Shown here: positions 34,742 to 45,200 of the stretch, in pieces
Layout: every line of letters begins with the position of its first letter
Numbering within the stretch: position 1 is the first letter of the stretch
Source of the DNA: a virus
IMG/VR virus record: IMGVR_UViG_3300022602_000001
DNA length: 64,000 nt
Strand: one strand, 5' to 3'
Position numbers and translations under genes: made by a program
The notes under the pieces: model-generated
Seen by the model: only the letters and a program-made list of their open reading frames with translations
What the model was told of the DNA's origin: nothing
Database searches by the model: none

Positions 34742-35562
34742 TGATTGAAGTTTTCGGAGGCACAGGGTTTGTGGGGACAGAGTTCTGCAAGAGGCACAGC
34801 GGCGAGTGCAGAGCGGTCCCCAGGGAAACCCTGGAGGTGCCAAAAAATTCCAAAGTTCTATACTTGATCAGCACAGTGGACAACTACAACGTGCTGACCG
34901 ATCCCTACGTGGATATAAACACCAACCTGATCCACCTGATGAAGGTGCTGGATGCAAACAAGGCCAACGACGTTGAGTTTCACTTTGTGAGTTCGTGGTT
35001 CGTCTACGGAGAGGTTGCGCTACCGGCGAGGGAGGACTCTTGCTGCAGGCCAAAGGGGTTCTACTCAATAACTAAGCTGGCTGCAGAGCAGCTTTTGGAG
35101 TCCTACTGCAGGACCTACAAAATCAAGTACACGATAACCAGGCTTGGGAACGTTGTTGGGAGGGGCGACGAAAAGGCGTCAAAAAAGAAGAACGCAATGC
35201 AGTACTTGGTGGATGAGATGAGGGCCAACCGTGACATAGCGCTCTACGATTCTGGAATGTTCTACAGGGACTTCGTCCACGTTTCCGACGTGGCAGACGG
35301 GCTGAAGTTCATAGTGGAAAATGGAGCCAGCGGAGAGGTGTACAACCTGGGATCAGCCTCAGAGGATCCAACTCTCTTCAAGGACGTCATAGAGTACGCC
35401 CACAGAGAGCTCAATTCAACGAGCAGAGTGGGCACAATGAGCGCAACGGAATTCCACAGCATAGTCCAGGTAAAGAACATGCATCTGGACTGCAGCAAGT
35501 TGAAGAGCCTTGGGTGGAAGCCGTCTAGGACTGTGCTCCAGGCTATAAAAGAAATTTTATGA
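34738..35562 (+). CDS. NAD-dependent epimerase/dehydratase/reductase
   Basis: GGTGFVG, YSITK, RDFVHV.D. Confidence 0.85.
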   Translation: MMIEVFGGTGFVGTEFCKRHSGECRAVPRETLEVPKNSKVLYLISTVDNYNVLTDPYVDINTNLIHLMKVLDANKANDVEFHFVSSWFVYGEVALPAREDSCCRPKGFYSITKLAAEQLLESYCRTYKIKYTITRLGNVVGRGDEKASKKKNAMQYLVDEMRANRDIALYDSGMFYRDFVHVSDVADGLKFIVENGASGEVYNLGSASEDPTLFKDVIEYAHRELNSTSRVGTMSATEFHSIVQVKNMHLDCSKLKSLGWKPSRTVLQAIKEIL

Positions 35563-36389
35563 TCAGCTACAAAAGAATAGGCCACTTTGGACGATGTGGA
35601 AATCAGATGTTCCAATTTGCAGCAACTGTGGGAGCGGCAGAAAAGGCCGGCCTGCAGTTTTTGTTTCCGGTGGAAAACACAGAAGTTCCCAGCGTGGAGC
35701 ACTTCAAGGACGGAGCAGTGAGAGAAGTGTACTTCGACCTTCCCAAAATTTTTCCCAGAGTAAAATCTGTGCTGGCTCCGCTGGAAGAGATAGTGACTGT
35801 GCGGGACTTTCAAGAGCCCCACTTCCACTTTTGCCCAGACCTGTTTTCAGTGAAGGACGGAACAAACCTGGCAGGGTACTACCAAACTGAGAAGTACTTC
35901 GAGCACTGCTCAGAAAAGATCAGAGAATTGTTCGAGTTCGATCCACTAATTCTTTCGGACGCAGGGCAGAGGTTTCCCACTTTTTCTGTGGAAGTCGAGT
36001 ACGTCTCGATCCACCTCAGAAGAGGAGACTACGCAGGCCTGCAGCAGTACCACCCAGTGATGGACTCCGACTACTACTCATCAGCAATGTCTCACTTCAT
36101 GGACGGAAACTACTGCTTCATGATTTTTTCTGACGACATACCCTACTGCAAAAATATATTTGGAGATCAGGAGAACGTTGTTTATATTGATGGAAACAGC
36201 CAAGAGGTCGACCTGTGCATGATGAGCCTTTGCCACCACAACATAATAGCAAACAGCAGCTTCAGTTGGTGGGGAGCCTGGCTAAACAGTAACAAGCACA
36301 AGAAGGTTGTGGCACCAAAGAGGTGGTTTGGCCCTGCGTACAGCCACAACACAAAAGATTTATACCCACAATCATGGACAGTAGAGTGA
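35559..36389 (+). CDS. Glycosyltransferase family 11 (alpha-1,2-fucosyltransferase-like)
   Basis: GR.GNQMFQ, HLRRGDY, FSDD, IANSSFSWWGA. Confidence 0.88.
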   Translation: MISYKRIGHFGRCGNQMFQFAATVGAAEKAGLQFLFPVENTEVPSVEHFKDGAVREVYFDLPKIFPRVKSVLAPLEEIVTVRDFQEPHFHFCPDLFSVKDGTNLAGYYQTEKYFEHCSEKIRELFEFDPLILSDAGQRFPTFSVEVEYVSIHLRRGDYAGLQQYHPVMDSDYYSSAMSHFMDGNYCFMIFSDDIPYCKNIFGDQENVVYIDGNSQEVDLCMMSLCHHNIIANSSFSWWGAWLNSNKHKKVVAPKRWFGPAYSHNTKDLYPQSWTVE

Positions 36390-37090
36390 AACCTTTCTTC
36401 AGCATATCCATACCCACATGGGGAATTAGGGGAATGGGAGCCGAGTACCTTGAGTACTCGTTCAACATAATAGCGCAGCAGAGCTTCACTAGCTACGAAG
36501 TTGTGGTTTCTGACCACAGCGAGGACGACAGCATAAAAATTCTCTGCGACGACTGGAGGTCTTTGATGGACATAGTGTACGTAAAAAATGACAGAGGAAG
36601 GGGACGAATTGCTCCCAACCTGAACAACGCGATGAGGCACTGCAAGGGCAGCTACATAAAAGTCCTTTTTCAGGACGATTTTTTGTACGGCACAGAGTCC
36701 CTAAAGACCATCCATGACTGCGTGGAGAGGAATCCAGGCCGGGACTGGTTTGTCACTGCTTGCGTTCACACGGACGACTGCGTCAGCCTGTACGACAGAA
36801 TGACTCCCTACTACCACGACAGAATATACGCCGGTGTGAACACAATAAGCTGTCCAACAGTCCTTACTGTGAAAAATAGAGAAGGCATGCCAGAATTTGA
36901 CGAGACTCTGAACTGGTTGGTGGACGTGGACTACTACAAGAGGCTGCACGACGGCTGTGGGCTTCCTGTCGTCATAGATGAGGTGTGCGCCGTAAACAGA
37001 AACGCAGAGGTCAGGACGACCACGATGACCACAGAAAAACAAAAACAGGAAGAAATTCAGAGAGTGATAAAAAAGTATGAGGCTCAATAA
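36386..37090 (+). CDS. Glycosyltransferase family 2
   Basis: SISIPT, VVVSDHS.DD, LFQDD; start GTG 36386 or ATG 36374. Confidence 0.82.
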   Translation: MKPFFSISIPTWGIRGMGAEYLEYSFNIIAQQSFTSYEVVVSDHSEDDSIKILCDDWRSLMDIVYVKNDRGRGRIAPNLNNAMRHCKGSYIKVLFQDDFLYGTESLKTIHDCVERNPGRDWFVTACVHTDDCVSLYDRMTPYYHDRIYAGVNTISCPTVLTVKNREGMPEFDETLNWLVDVDYYKRLHDGCGLPVVIDEVCAVNRNAEVRTTTMTTEKQKQEEIQRVIKKYEAQ

Positions 37091-37733
37091 CGTAACAATT
37101 GTGGCTGTGGCAGGAACAAAGGCAGAGGAGACCCTCCTGGCCATGAAGTACAGCATGAGGGAGCTCGAGTTCGACAGGGCCGTGCTGATCACTCCCGCAA
37201 ACATAAAGGACGACGAGGTGGAGGTGGTGAAGTGCGAGCCGCTCAACTACGAGCAGTACAACCACTTTGTGGTGTACAGACTCCATGAGCACATAGGATC
37301 CACCCACTGCCTGCTTGTGCAGAACGACGGATACGTGGTGAATCCTGACAGTTGGAACGACCAGTGGATGCAGTACGACTACATAGGGGCAGTATGGCCA
37401 CAGCCAACGGACGGCTTTTCTTTCAGGGATCCCAAAGGAGGAATTCAGAGGGTTGGAAATGGAGGTTTCACCCTGAGGAGCAAGAGGCTATTGGAAGCCG
37501 CAACCGCACTCAACTTGGAGTGGAAGCAGTACTACGGCTTCTACCACGAGGACGGGTTCGTGTGCTGCCACAACAGGGAGGCATACGAGTCATTTGGGTG
37601 CAAGTTTGCCCCTGTGGAAGTGGCGTCAGAATTCAGCCACGAGGAGGCTGTAGAAGAGAACTACGGAAAGATACCATTTGGATTTCATGGAAAGAGCAAC
37701 TACTACTACAGCATAACACAAAAAAGCTTATGA
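37077..37733 (+). CDS. DUF5672-like glycan-related protein
   Basis: Q.DG, YDYIGA.W, VGNGGF.LRS, ED, FS.E, FGFH. Confidence 0.75.
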   Translation: MRLNNVTIVAVAGTKAEETLLAMKYSMRELEFDRAVLITPANIKDDEVEVVKCEPLNYEQYNHFVVYRLHEHIGSTHCLLVQNDGYVVNPDSWNDQWMQYDYIGAVWPQPTDGFSFRDPKGGIQRVGNGGFTLRSKRLLEAATALNLEWKQYYGFYHEDGFVCCHNREAYESFGCKFAPVEVASEFSHEEAVEENYGKIPFGFHGKSNYYYSITQKSL

Positions 37734-38305
37734 CAACAGAAGAAAAATTGGAGCAGCTATTCAACACGCCGAGAATGGGGCACGCGGCACTGGAACCTCA
37801 CAACAGCGTGAGGGGGCTGTACGAGCTGGTCAGAGAAAATTTTAAAGAGGACTTTAAAATTGCAGAGATAGGATCATTCCAGGGAGTGTCGACTATGCTC
37901 TTTTCTCTGTTTGTGGACACGGTCTACAGCGTGGACTGCTACGACTACGTTGTTCCTGAGACGGGAAGAATTCCATCCCACGACCAATTGTTCGTCGATG
38001 CAGAGACTCTGTTCATAGAAAGAACAAAGGACATCAAGAACATAGTCAAAATCAGAAAGACTAGCAAGGAGGCGTCCAATGACTTTGGAGACGGCACTCT
38101 AGACGCCGTGTACATAGACGCAGAGCACGATCCAGTCAGCGTGAGGACGGACGTCAACTCCTGGAAGAGTAAGGTCAAGAAGGGAGGAATCCTCTGCGGG
38201 CACGATTTTTATCTGCCGCACATCTACACAATACTCTACCAGGAGAATTTGATAAACAATTTACTAACCTACCCAGACAGCTCTTGGTCTGTGATAATTA
38301 AATAG
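37730..38305 (+). CDS. Class I SAM methyltransferase (Methyltransf_24-like)
   Basis: EIGSFQG.S, VYIDA.H, GGILCGHD. Confidence 0.85.
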   Translation: MTTEEKLEQLFNTPRMGHAALEPHNSVRGLYELVRENFKEDFKIAEIGSFQGVSTMLFSLFVDTVYSVDCYDYVVPETGRIPSHDQLFVDAETLFIERTKDIKNIVKIRKTSKEASNDFGDGTLDAVYIDAEHDPVSVRTDVNSWKSKVKKGGILCGHDFYLPHIYTILYQENLINNLLTYPDSSWSVIIK

Positions 38306-38306
38306 C

Positions 38307-39311
38307 ATGGGGAAAAAAGTACTAATAACAGGGGTGGCAGGCTTGTTGGGATCTAGGCTTGCAGACTGGATAGTGGAGAATCAACCAGAGGTGGAGATAG
38401 TTGGAGTGGACGACCTGTCCGGAGGGTACAGGGAGAACGTGAACCCAAGAGTTGACTTCTGGCCTCTCAACTTGGTACACGACTCAATTGAGGACTTTTT
38501 GTTCAAGCACCACAGGTTCGACTATGTGTTCCACTTTGCAGCCTACGCCGCAGAGGGGCTCAGTCCATTCATAAGACAGTACAACTACAACAATAATCTG
38601 ATTGCAACCGCAAGGCTGGTGAACAGCTGCATAAAGCACGGAGTTGAAAGGCTCGTGTTCACTTCCACCCTTGCAGTCTACGGCCATGGCCAGGGAGGCG
38701 TGTTCGACGAGACTCATATTCCAAGCCCAATCGACCCCTACGGAGTTGCAAAGTACGCCTGCGAGATGGACATCAGGATCGCTGGAGAGCAGCACGGTCT
38801 GGACTGGACAATAATCAGGCCCCACAACGTTTACGGAAGAAACCAGAACATATGGGACAAGTACAGAAACGTCCTCGGAATATGGATGTACCAGCGCATG
38901 AACGGAGAGCCCATGACCATATTCGGAGACGGAAAGCAGACCAGGGCGTTCAGCTGCATAGACGACATAGTTGAGCCTCTGTGGAATTCTGCAGTCAGAA
39001 AGGAGGCCTCCAAGCAGATCATAAACCTGGGAGGAACCGAGGAGTGGTCGATAAAGGACGCCAACGACCTGCTCATAGAAGTCATCGGAGCGGGCAAAGT
39101 CGAATACAGGGAGGAGAGGCACGAGGTCAAGCATTCGATACCAACGTGGAAGAAGTCAGTGGACTTGTTGGGCTTTGAGCACAGGACTTCGTTGAAGGAC
39201 GGACTGTCCGACATGTGGAGCTGGGCCCAACAGCAGCCCAAAAGAAGCAGGTTCGTGTGGCCCTCATACGAGCTCGACAAGGGAATCTATTCATTTTGGA
39301 AGCAGAAATAA
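38307..39311 (+). CDS. NAD-dependent nucleotide-sugar epimerase
   Basis: TGVAGLLG, H.AA, YGVAK, NVYG. Confidence 0.9.
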   Translation: MGKKVLITGVAGLLGSRLADWIVENQPEVEIVGVDDLSGGYRENVNPRVDFWPLNLVHDSIEDFLFKHHRFDYVFHFAAYAAEGLSPFIRQYNYNNNLIATARLVNSCIKHGVERLVFTSTLAVYGHGQGGVFDETHIPSPIDPYGVAKYACEMDIRIAGEQHGLDWTIIRPHNVYGRNQNIWDKYRNVLGIWMYQRMNGEPMTIFGDGKQTRAFSCIDDIVEPLWNSAVRKEASKQIINLGGTEEWSIKDANDLLIEVIGAGKVEYREERHEVKHSIPTWKKSVDLLGFEHRTSLKDGLSDMWSWAQQQPKRSRFVWPSYELDKGIYSFWKQK

Positions 39312-39316
39312 TCAGC

Positions 39317-40207
39317 ATGATATATTCGTCCTTCATGTACGGCCAGGGATTTGGAAATCAATTGGCCGTCTACGTAACAACAAGAGCAATAGCCAAGAGA
39401 AATGGGTACGAGTTTGGATACAATGGACTGGAGTACTTTGGAGACAGGAGGTACAATGACAGGGGAGTGTACTTCATGGACATAGACCTTGGATCGGAGG
39501 TGGTTGAGTCCGGCAGAGTCTACACAGAGAGGGAGTTCAGAGTGAAGTTCAACCACTCCCATCACGACATGACTCACGGCTGCGACGTACGGCTGATCGA
39601 CTACAACCTGCTCAACGTTCCAGACAACACGAAGATAATGGGAATCATGCAGGGGGAGGACTACTTCTGGGACTACCGAGACGAGGTGAAGGAGTGGCTG
39701 AAGGTAAAGCCCGAGCACGACTGCAGAGACTTCAGCAGCGACGACATCTGCGTTCTGAACATGAGGGACTACAGCGGAGACGACACACTGTTCCTTCACA
39801 GGGACTACTGGGTCAGGGCCGTGTACCACATGCTGAGCATCAATCCAAACATGCAGTTCTTGGTCATAACAGAGAACCCTTCCATGGCCAAGGACCAGCT
39901 TCCGGAGCTGGCAGACAACGTTTATCACTTCGACCTTGCAAAGGACTACTCAATAGTAAAAAATGCAAAGTGGCTCATACTTTCTAATTCCAGCTTTGCA
40001 TACTTTCCAGCGTTCTGTTCTGACGCCCATTTGATAATTGCCCCAAAGTACTGGGCACGTCACAACGTCAGCAACGGATACTGGTCGTGCGGCTACAACA
40101 TAAGCAGAAAATTCACCTACATGGACAGGTCTGGACTCCTTCAGTCCTACACGGACGTGGTGAGAGAGTTCGAACTATACAAAAAGGAGACTAAAATATA
40201 TGGCTAG
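39317..40207 (+). CDS. GT11-like glycosyltransferase (divergent)
   Basis: G.GFGNQL, ILSNSSF, IAPKYW. Confidence 0.72.
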   Translation: MIYSSFMYGQGFGNQLAVYVTTRAIAKRNGYEFGYNGLEYFGDRRYNDRGVYFMDIDLGSEVVESGRVYTEREFRVKFNHSHHDMTHGCDVRLIDYNLLNVPDNTKIMGIMQGEDYFWDYRDEVKEWLKVKPEHDCRDFSSDDICVLNMRDYSGDDTLFLHRDYWVRAVYHMLSINPNMQFLVITENPSMAKDQLPELADNVYHFDLAKDYSIVKNAKWLILSNSSFAYFPAFCSDAHLIIAPKYWARHNVSNGYWSCGYNISRKFTYMDRSGLLQSYTDVVREFELYKKETKIYG

Positions 40208-41066
40208 AGTATTCGACGTTTTCACCATGTACAACGAACTAGATTTGTTGGAGTTGAGGTTGGAGATGCTGGGCCCCCACGTGGACAAGTTCGTGCTGGT
40301 TGAGTGCATTGAGACTTTTTCGGGAAAGCAGAAGCCCCTCTACTTTCAAGACAACAAAGAGAGGTTCAAAGACCACCTTCACAAGATCCACCACCACGTA
40401 ACGATAGATCCCCCAAAGTCATTCGAGGACCTTCAGTCCATGATACTTGACGAGTTCGTTCCAAAGAAAGTAAAAGAAATATGCATCCAGGCTCTGACCA
40501 GCACCAACGTTCCAAAGGGAGAGGTGCACTGGCTGAAGGAGTTCTACCAAAAGGAGACCATAAGGACTGCAATAGAGGACGCAGGAGCTCAGGACGAGGA
40601 CCTGATCTTTGTGTCAGATCTCGACGAGTACTGGAATCCAGAGCTGGACTATTCAGCAATAGAGGACCACGGGATCTACAGGCTCAGGCAGCTGGCCTAC
40701 TCTGGGTACATGAACGTCAGGTCTTCAGAGGACTGGGCGGGAACGCTGCTGTCTAAGTACAAAAACATCCACGGCTCATGCCTGAATCATCTAAGAACTC
40801 CGTCAAAGACCAAGTACAAGTACATAGACAGTGCCGGCTGGCACTTCACCTTTATGGGAGGAGAACAACAGGTGAAGATGAAGCTGGAAGCGTACGGCCA
40901 CCAGGAGTACAACAACGACGGAGTTAAGAACAAGGTTGGAGATCTTCTCAAGCAGGGAAAGGACGTACTGGGCAGGATCGAGTTCAGCTTTTGGGTGGAC
41001 GACTCCCAACTCCCCAAGCACGTGCTGAAAGAGAGGCAGAGGTACTCAAAGTACTTCAAGGTTTAG
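40200..41066 (+). CDS. Glycosyltransferase family 17-like
   Basis: NELDLLELRL, TFSG..KPL, SDLDE, GWHFTF.G. Confidence 0.8.
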   Translation: MARVFDVFTMYNELDLLELRLEMLGPHVDKFVLVECIETFSGKQKPLYFQDNKERFKDHLHKIHHHVTIDPPKSFEDLQSMILDEFVPKKVKEICIQALTSTNVPKGEVHWLKEFYQKETIRTAIEDAGAQDEDLIFVSDLDEYWNPELDYSAIEDHGIYRLRQLAYSGYMNVRSSEDWAGTLLSKYKNIHGSCLNHLRTPSKTKYKYIDSAGWHFTFMGGEQQVKMKLEAYGHQEYNNDGVKNKVGDLLKQGKDVLGRIEFSFWVDDSQLPKHVLKERQRYSKYFKV

Positions 41067-41097
41067 TGATTTCAAAAAAACAAAAAAATAATTCAAT

Positions 41098-42240
41098 TTG
41101 CCAATTACATTTTGCATACCGTCAAAAAATAATTTGAGGTACTTAAAACCCTGCATAAAGTCCATAAGGGAAAATTCCTACTTTTTAAACAACGAGGTGC
41201 TCGTGTTCGTGGACCAGGACAACGATGGAACTATCGATTGGCTGAGGGAGCAGGGCATCAGGTTCATAGAGAACACAGGTGAATCCCCAAAGGGGATAGG
41301 ATTCGCCTACGACGAGATGTTTAGGGAGGCAGAGAACGACCTGGTCGTTGCTTTTCACGCTGACATGGTGCTGGGGCCCAGCGCAGACAAGCACCTGTTG
41401 GACTTAAAGACAGACAACAACGTTGTTTGTGCAACCAGGGTAGAGCCTCCCCTTCACCCGCCGGGGCAGGAAAAGATAGTGAGGGACTTTGGCATGTGGC
41501 CAGAGGACTTGAAGACGGAGGAGTTCAACCAGTTCGTCAGGAACATTGCATCCTCAAAGGTGACAAAGAGCATCTTTGCTCCGTGGCTCATACACAGAAA
41601 GCAGCACCTCGGCCACGATCCAATATTCAGGTCTGTGTTCGAGGACGCCGACCTATTCAGAAGGATGAAGCTGGCAGGGTACGACCTAATTCAGTCGTGG
41701 TCTGCAATGGTGTACCACCTGACGTGCAGAGGGGGACAGTTTGCCCACGCACAGACCATGGACGACTTTCAAAAGAAGGACCAGGGGTGGCAGATGAACA
41801 ACGTCGTGTCAATGTACGAGTACATAAGAAAGTGGGGAGGGTTCCTAAAGCAGACCGACACTCTTGAGCCCATACCAAACGTAAAGTACAACATAGGAAT
41901 AGAGATAAAGAACTGCAGGAGCGAGCAGGTGCTCAGCGTGGAGCCGTACTTCGACCACATAAAGGTCGGAATTGATCCGACCTCGTACTGCAACTACGTG
42001 AAGCCGTACACCTCCTTCGACGTAAGCTCAAAATTTGTTCAGGAGCTGGAGGACGACGTCATGCTTGAGGCGGACTTTCAGGACATGGTAAAACCAGAGA
42101 ACATGTTTCAGTCGTTGGTTGAGTCCATTCAGGACATTCTGCACAACGACGCAGAGGACCTGGGAACGTACGAGTTGGGACCGTTCAAACTGCACGTTAA
42201 AAAGAAAGAGCCAAAACATCCAAAATTAAAGCTATGCTAA
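41098..42240 (+). CDS. Glycosyltransferase family 2
   Basis: IPS.NNLRYL, HADM, TR.EPPLHP, EDAD. Confidence 0.82.
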   Translation: MPITFCIPSKNNLRYLKPCIKSIRENSYFLNNEVLVFVDQDNDGTIDWLREQGIRFIENTGESPKGIGFAYDEMFREAENDLVVAFHADMVLGPSADKHLLDLKTDNNVVCATRVEPPLHPPGQEKIVRDFGMWPEDLKTEEFNQFVRNIASSKVTKSIFAPWLIHRKQHLGHDPIFRSVFEDADLFRRMKLAGYDLIQSWSAMVYHLTCRGGQFAHAQTMDDFQKKDQGWQMNNVVSMYEYIRKWGGFLKQTDTLEPIPNVKYNIGIEIKNCRSEQVLSVEPYFDHIKVGIDPTSYCNYVKPYTSFDVSSKFVQELEDDVMLEADFQDMVKPENMFQSLVESIQDILHNDAEDLGTYELGPFKLHVKKKEPKHPKLKLC

Positions 42241-43421
42241 GTCAAAAGGACGTCACTTTTGTTGTGCCGTCGTACAACAACCTAAGGCACTTGAAGAACT
42301 GCTACGAGTCAATAAAGAAGAATGCACCAGCCTGCAAACTCGTTCTGCTGGACGATGGATCCACGGATGGAATGATGGAGTGGGTGAACTCTCTGCTGAG
42401 CGATCACGACGACCAGTCTCTGAAGGTCTACAGATCTGCAGAGAGAGTCGGGCACACGATCCTCTACGACAGAGGGATTGCACTGGCTGACACTTCCGTG
42501 GTGGGGATCCTCCACGCAGACATGATAGTCGGGCCCAACTACGCCGAGAACCTCCTCAAGCACCTCAAGCCGATGACGGTCGTGTGCGCAACAAGGATAG
42601 AGCCTCCACTGCACCCGGAGGGGAAGGAGAAGATAATAAAGGACTTTGGCATGGACTTCGACTCGCTGAACGTGGCTGCGTTCGAGGAATACGCGCTATC
42701 TGCACAGAAGGAATTTGAGGGCCAACGCACCAGCGGCATGTTCGCTCCTTGGGTTCTTTACAAGGAGGACTTCAACAGAGTGGGAGGGCACGATGCGCTT
42801 TTCGCTCCGTTTCCCTACGAGGACTCCGACATATTCCAGAGGTGGATGATGCAGGGATACGAGATGGTTCAGTCTAGGGACTCATTCGTGTACCACCTGA
42901 CGTGCAGAGGGCACAGGTGGGGGGAGAGAGTAGGAGTGGACGACGACTACTTCAAGAGGGCCAGCGCAAGGGCAGCAAGAAACTACCTGAGGAAGTGGGG
43001 AAGCTGGATAAAGAACGACGAGTACCAGCTTCCGATAGTTCCCAAGAAGCACAACGTGGGAATTGTCGTTGAGGGAAGTTCAGTGGACCCAAAGCTGGTG
43101 GAATTTCTGGAGCCGTGGTGCTCAGCTCTGTACCTTCAGGACAAATCCGCTGCAGAGAGGTACTCCAAAGCAGAGCAGCAGAACACGCTGTTACAAATGG
43201 CATCCAGGGTGAAATACGGGGCAGTTCCTGACAACGACGTTGTGGTTCATATTAACCCATTAAAAATAACAAACGACTCGATCTTGGTCATCCAGCAGCT
43301 CCAGGAGATAATCCAGGAGTCTGGAGGCATTGGAGAGTTCGAGCTGGCAGGAATGAGGGTGGAAATAAGCAGAATGGAGCCCACAAAAATTTCCATAAGG
43401 CCCCTATTTTCAACCGATTAG
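42234..43421 (+). CDS. Glycosyltransferase family 2 (paralog of preceding gene)
   Basis: DDGSTDG, HADM, TRIEPPLHP, EDSD, VYHLTCRG shared with 41098-42240. Confidence 0.85.
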   Translation: MLSQKDVTFVVPSYNNLRHLKNCYESIKKNAPACKLVLLDDGSTDGMMEWVNSLLSDHDDQSLKVYRSAERVGHTILYDRGIALADTSVVGILHADMIVGPNYAENLLKHLKPMTVVCATRIEPPLHPEGKEKIIKDFGMDFDSLNVAAFEEYALSAQKEFEGQRTSGMFAPWVLYKEDFNRVGGHDALFAPFPYEDSDIFQRWMMQGYEMVQSRDSFVYHLTCRGHRWGERVGVDDDYFKRASARAARNYLRKWGSWIKNDEYQLPIVPKKHNVGIVVEGSSVDPKLVEFLEPWCSALYLQDKSAAERYSKAEQQNTLLQMASRVKYGAVPDNDVVVHINPLKITNDSILVIQQLQEIIQESGGIGEFELAGMRVEISRMEPTKISIRPLFSTD

Positions 43422-43462
43422 TTTGTCGCAGATATTTATTACCAAAGACCTACTTTAAAAAT

Positions 43463-43789
43463 ATGGCAAATTTACCCGAGGGAGTTTACACTGTTAATTT
43501 GACGATGGACGGAGAGAGGGTGTCCATACCTCTGAGGTTCGTGCTGGAGGACTCGCCGACAAAGGCAGGAATAAACATGCAGTTCATCCTCCCAGACAAA
43601 AAAATAAAGGATCCCAGAAAAAAACAGGAGTACGCAAACAAAATATCCATAGCCCTTCAGAAGAAGTTCGGAGAGGCTGGAATTCCGGTGGACTACAACG
43701 AAAGAAATGCGTACACAAACGTGGCTTCATTTATTGTGCCCATCAGCGCCGTGTCCTCTTGGCTTTTAAAAACTCTAAAAGGTCAGTAG
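43463..43789 (+). CDS. Hypothetical protein
   Basis: GATATTTATT motif upstream. Confidence 0.65.
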   Translation: MANLPEGVYTVNLTMDGERVSIPLRFVLEDSPTKAGINMQFILPDKKIKDPRKKQEYANKISIALQKKFGEAGIPVDYNERNAYTNVASFIVPISAVSSWLLKTLKGQ

Positions 43790-43998
43790 TGGCAGAATTT
43801 TTGATAGACAAATACAAAAAGAACTCTGTGCTTTCGGGAAAAGGAAGCCAATTCTCAGGGACAATCGACCATTCAAACTACGTGGAAATGATGAGAAATT
43901 CTGTGAACGCAAAGAAGATCTCAAGTTCCGTAAACTCTGCAGCAAAGACCAAGTCTCCTGCAGATTCGTACTACTCAACAAAGGGATTTGGATCTTAG
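43789..43998 (+). CDS. Hypothetical protein
   Basis: Probable GTG start overlapping the upstream stop. Confidence 0.5.
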   Translation: MAEFLIDKYKKNSVLSGKGSQFSGTIDHSNYVEMMRNSVNAKKISSSVNSAAKTKSPADSYYSTKGFGS

Positions 43999-44029
43999 TT
44001 GAAGGACAAACAAAAAACACCAAAGCAAT

Positions 44030-45184
44030 ATGTCCAACGTAAAAATATCTCAACTTCCATCAGTGTCTTCTGTGGCTCAATCGGATTTAATTCTGGTGGT
44101 TGCCTCTGGGGTCACATCAAACATATCCACGGCCAACCTGGGCAGCTCAATCACCGCCTCAGGCGTTTTGGGAGGAGCTGCCAACTACGTTCCAGTTTGG
44201 AGCGGTTCAACAAACTTTACCAGCAGCGCTCTGTACCAAACAGGACAACTCGTGGGTGTTAACACCAGCTCTCCAAGCTACAGCCTCGACGTGAGTGGCA
44301 CGGCCAACTTCAGGTCTGGCACCGTGGCCACTGGATCTTCGGTGATCACCGGCAGCCTTCAGGTGATAGGAAATATCATCGGATACAACAGCTCTTCCTA
44401 TGTGGGAAACTTGGCAGGAGCAGCAGCCTCTGCAATTTCCTACTCAGTGTTTTTTGGAGAGCAGTCGGGACTTAGCGCATCCTACTCCGCCAATGCAACC
44501 TTCTTGGGAGCTTTTGCCGGCCTGAATGCGTACAGCTCCTCTTTTGCTACCGCTGTGGGATACGGAGCCGGGATATCCATGTCAAATGCAGGGAATTCTT
44601 CTGTGTTCGGTCCTTACTCTGGCTATGGATCCATGGGGTCCATAGGATCGGTAGCCCATGGGATTTACGCAGGAGCGGCCACTTCTGGGTCTGTCTACTC
44701 AATCTTCATAGGGCCCTACGCGGGGTACCAAATGTCGGGGTCGTCGTACAGTACAGTGATTGGATACAACGCAGGATTCGCCAACACGCTTGGAAACAAC
44801 AACATTCTGATAGGGACTGAGGTGGGGCTGCCAAGCGGAAGCTCTAACTCAGTCAACATAGCAGGCCTTATATTTGGATCAGGGTCCTACTTTAGCACTG
44901 GCTCAATCAGCTCTGGATCCGCCAACGGAAGAGTCGGAATAAACCAGCCGAACCCCAGCTACTCGCTGGACGTCAGTGGGTCGGGAAAATTCAGCGGCGG
45001 ACTGACAGTCACAGGAAGCGTGATCGTAACAGGGTCTGTGTCGCTGTACTCTGTAATGACACTGGTTCCACTTGGAGCACTTCCCACTTTTGGGGTGAGC
45101 ACTGGGTCGTTGGCAACCTCTGGATCCCACTTGTACTTCTACAATGGATCAGGCTCTCTGAACGGTTGGGCCCAGGTAATATAA
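44030..45184 (+). CDS. Putative tail fibre/virion adhesin-like protein
   Basis: N-terminal KISQLP, G.xAG beta-roll repeats, repeated VG.N...PSYSLDVSG. Confidence 0.7.
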   Translation: MSNVKISQLPSVSSVAQSDLILVVASGVTSNISTANLGSSITASGVLGGAANYVPVWSGSTNFTSSALYQTGQLVGVNTSSPSYSLDVSGTANFRSGTVATGSSVITGSLQVIGNIIGYNSSSYVGNLAGAAASAISYSVFFGEQSGLSASYSANATFLGAFAGLNAYSSSFATAVGYGAGISMSNAGNSSVFGPYSGYGSMGSIGSVAHGIYAGAATSGSVYSIFIGPYAGYQMSGSSYSTVIGYNAGFANTLGNNNILIGTEVGLPSGSSNSVNIAGLIFGSGSYFSTGSISSGSANGRVGINQPNPSYSLDVSGSGKFSGGLTVTGSVIVTGSVSLYSVMTLVPLGALPTFGVSTGSLATSGSHLYFYNGSGSLNGWAQVI

Positions 45185-45200
45185 TTATAAATCTACAGTT

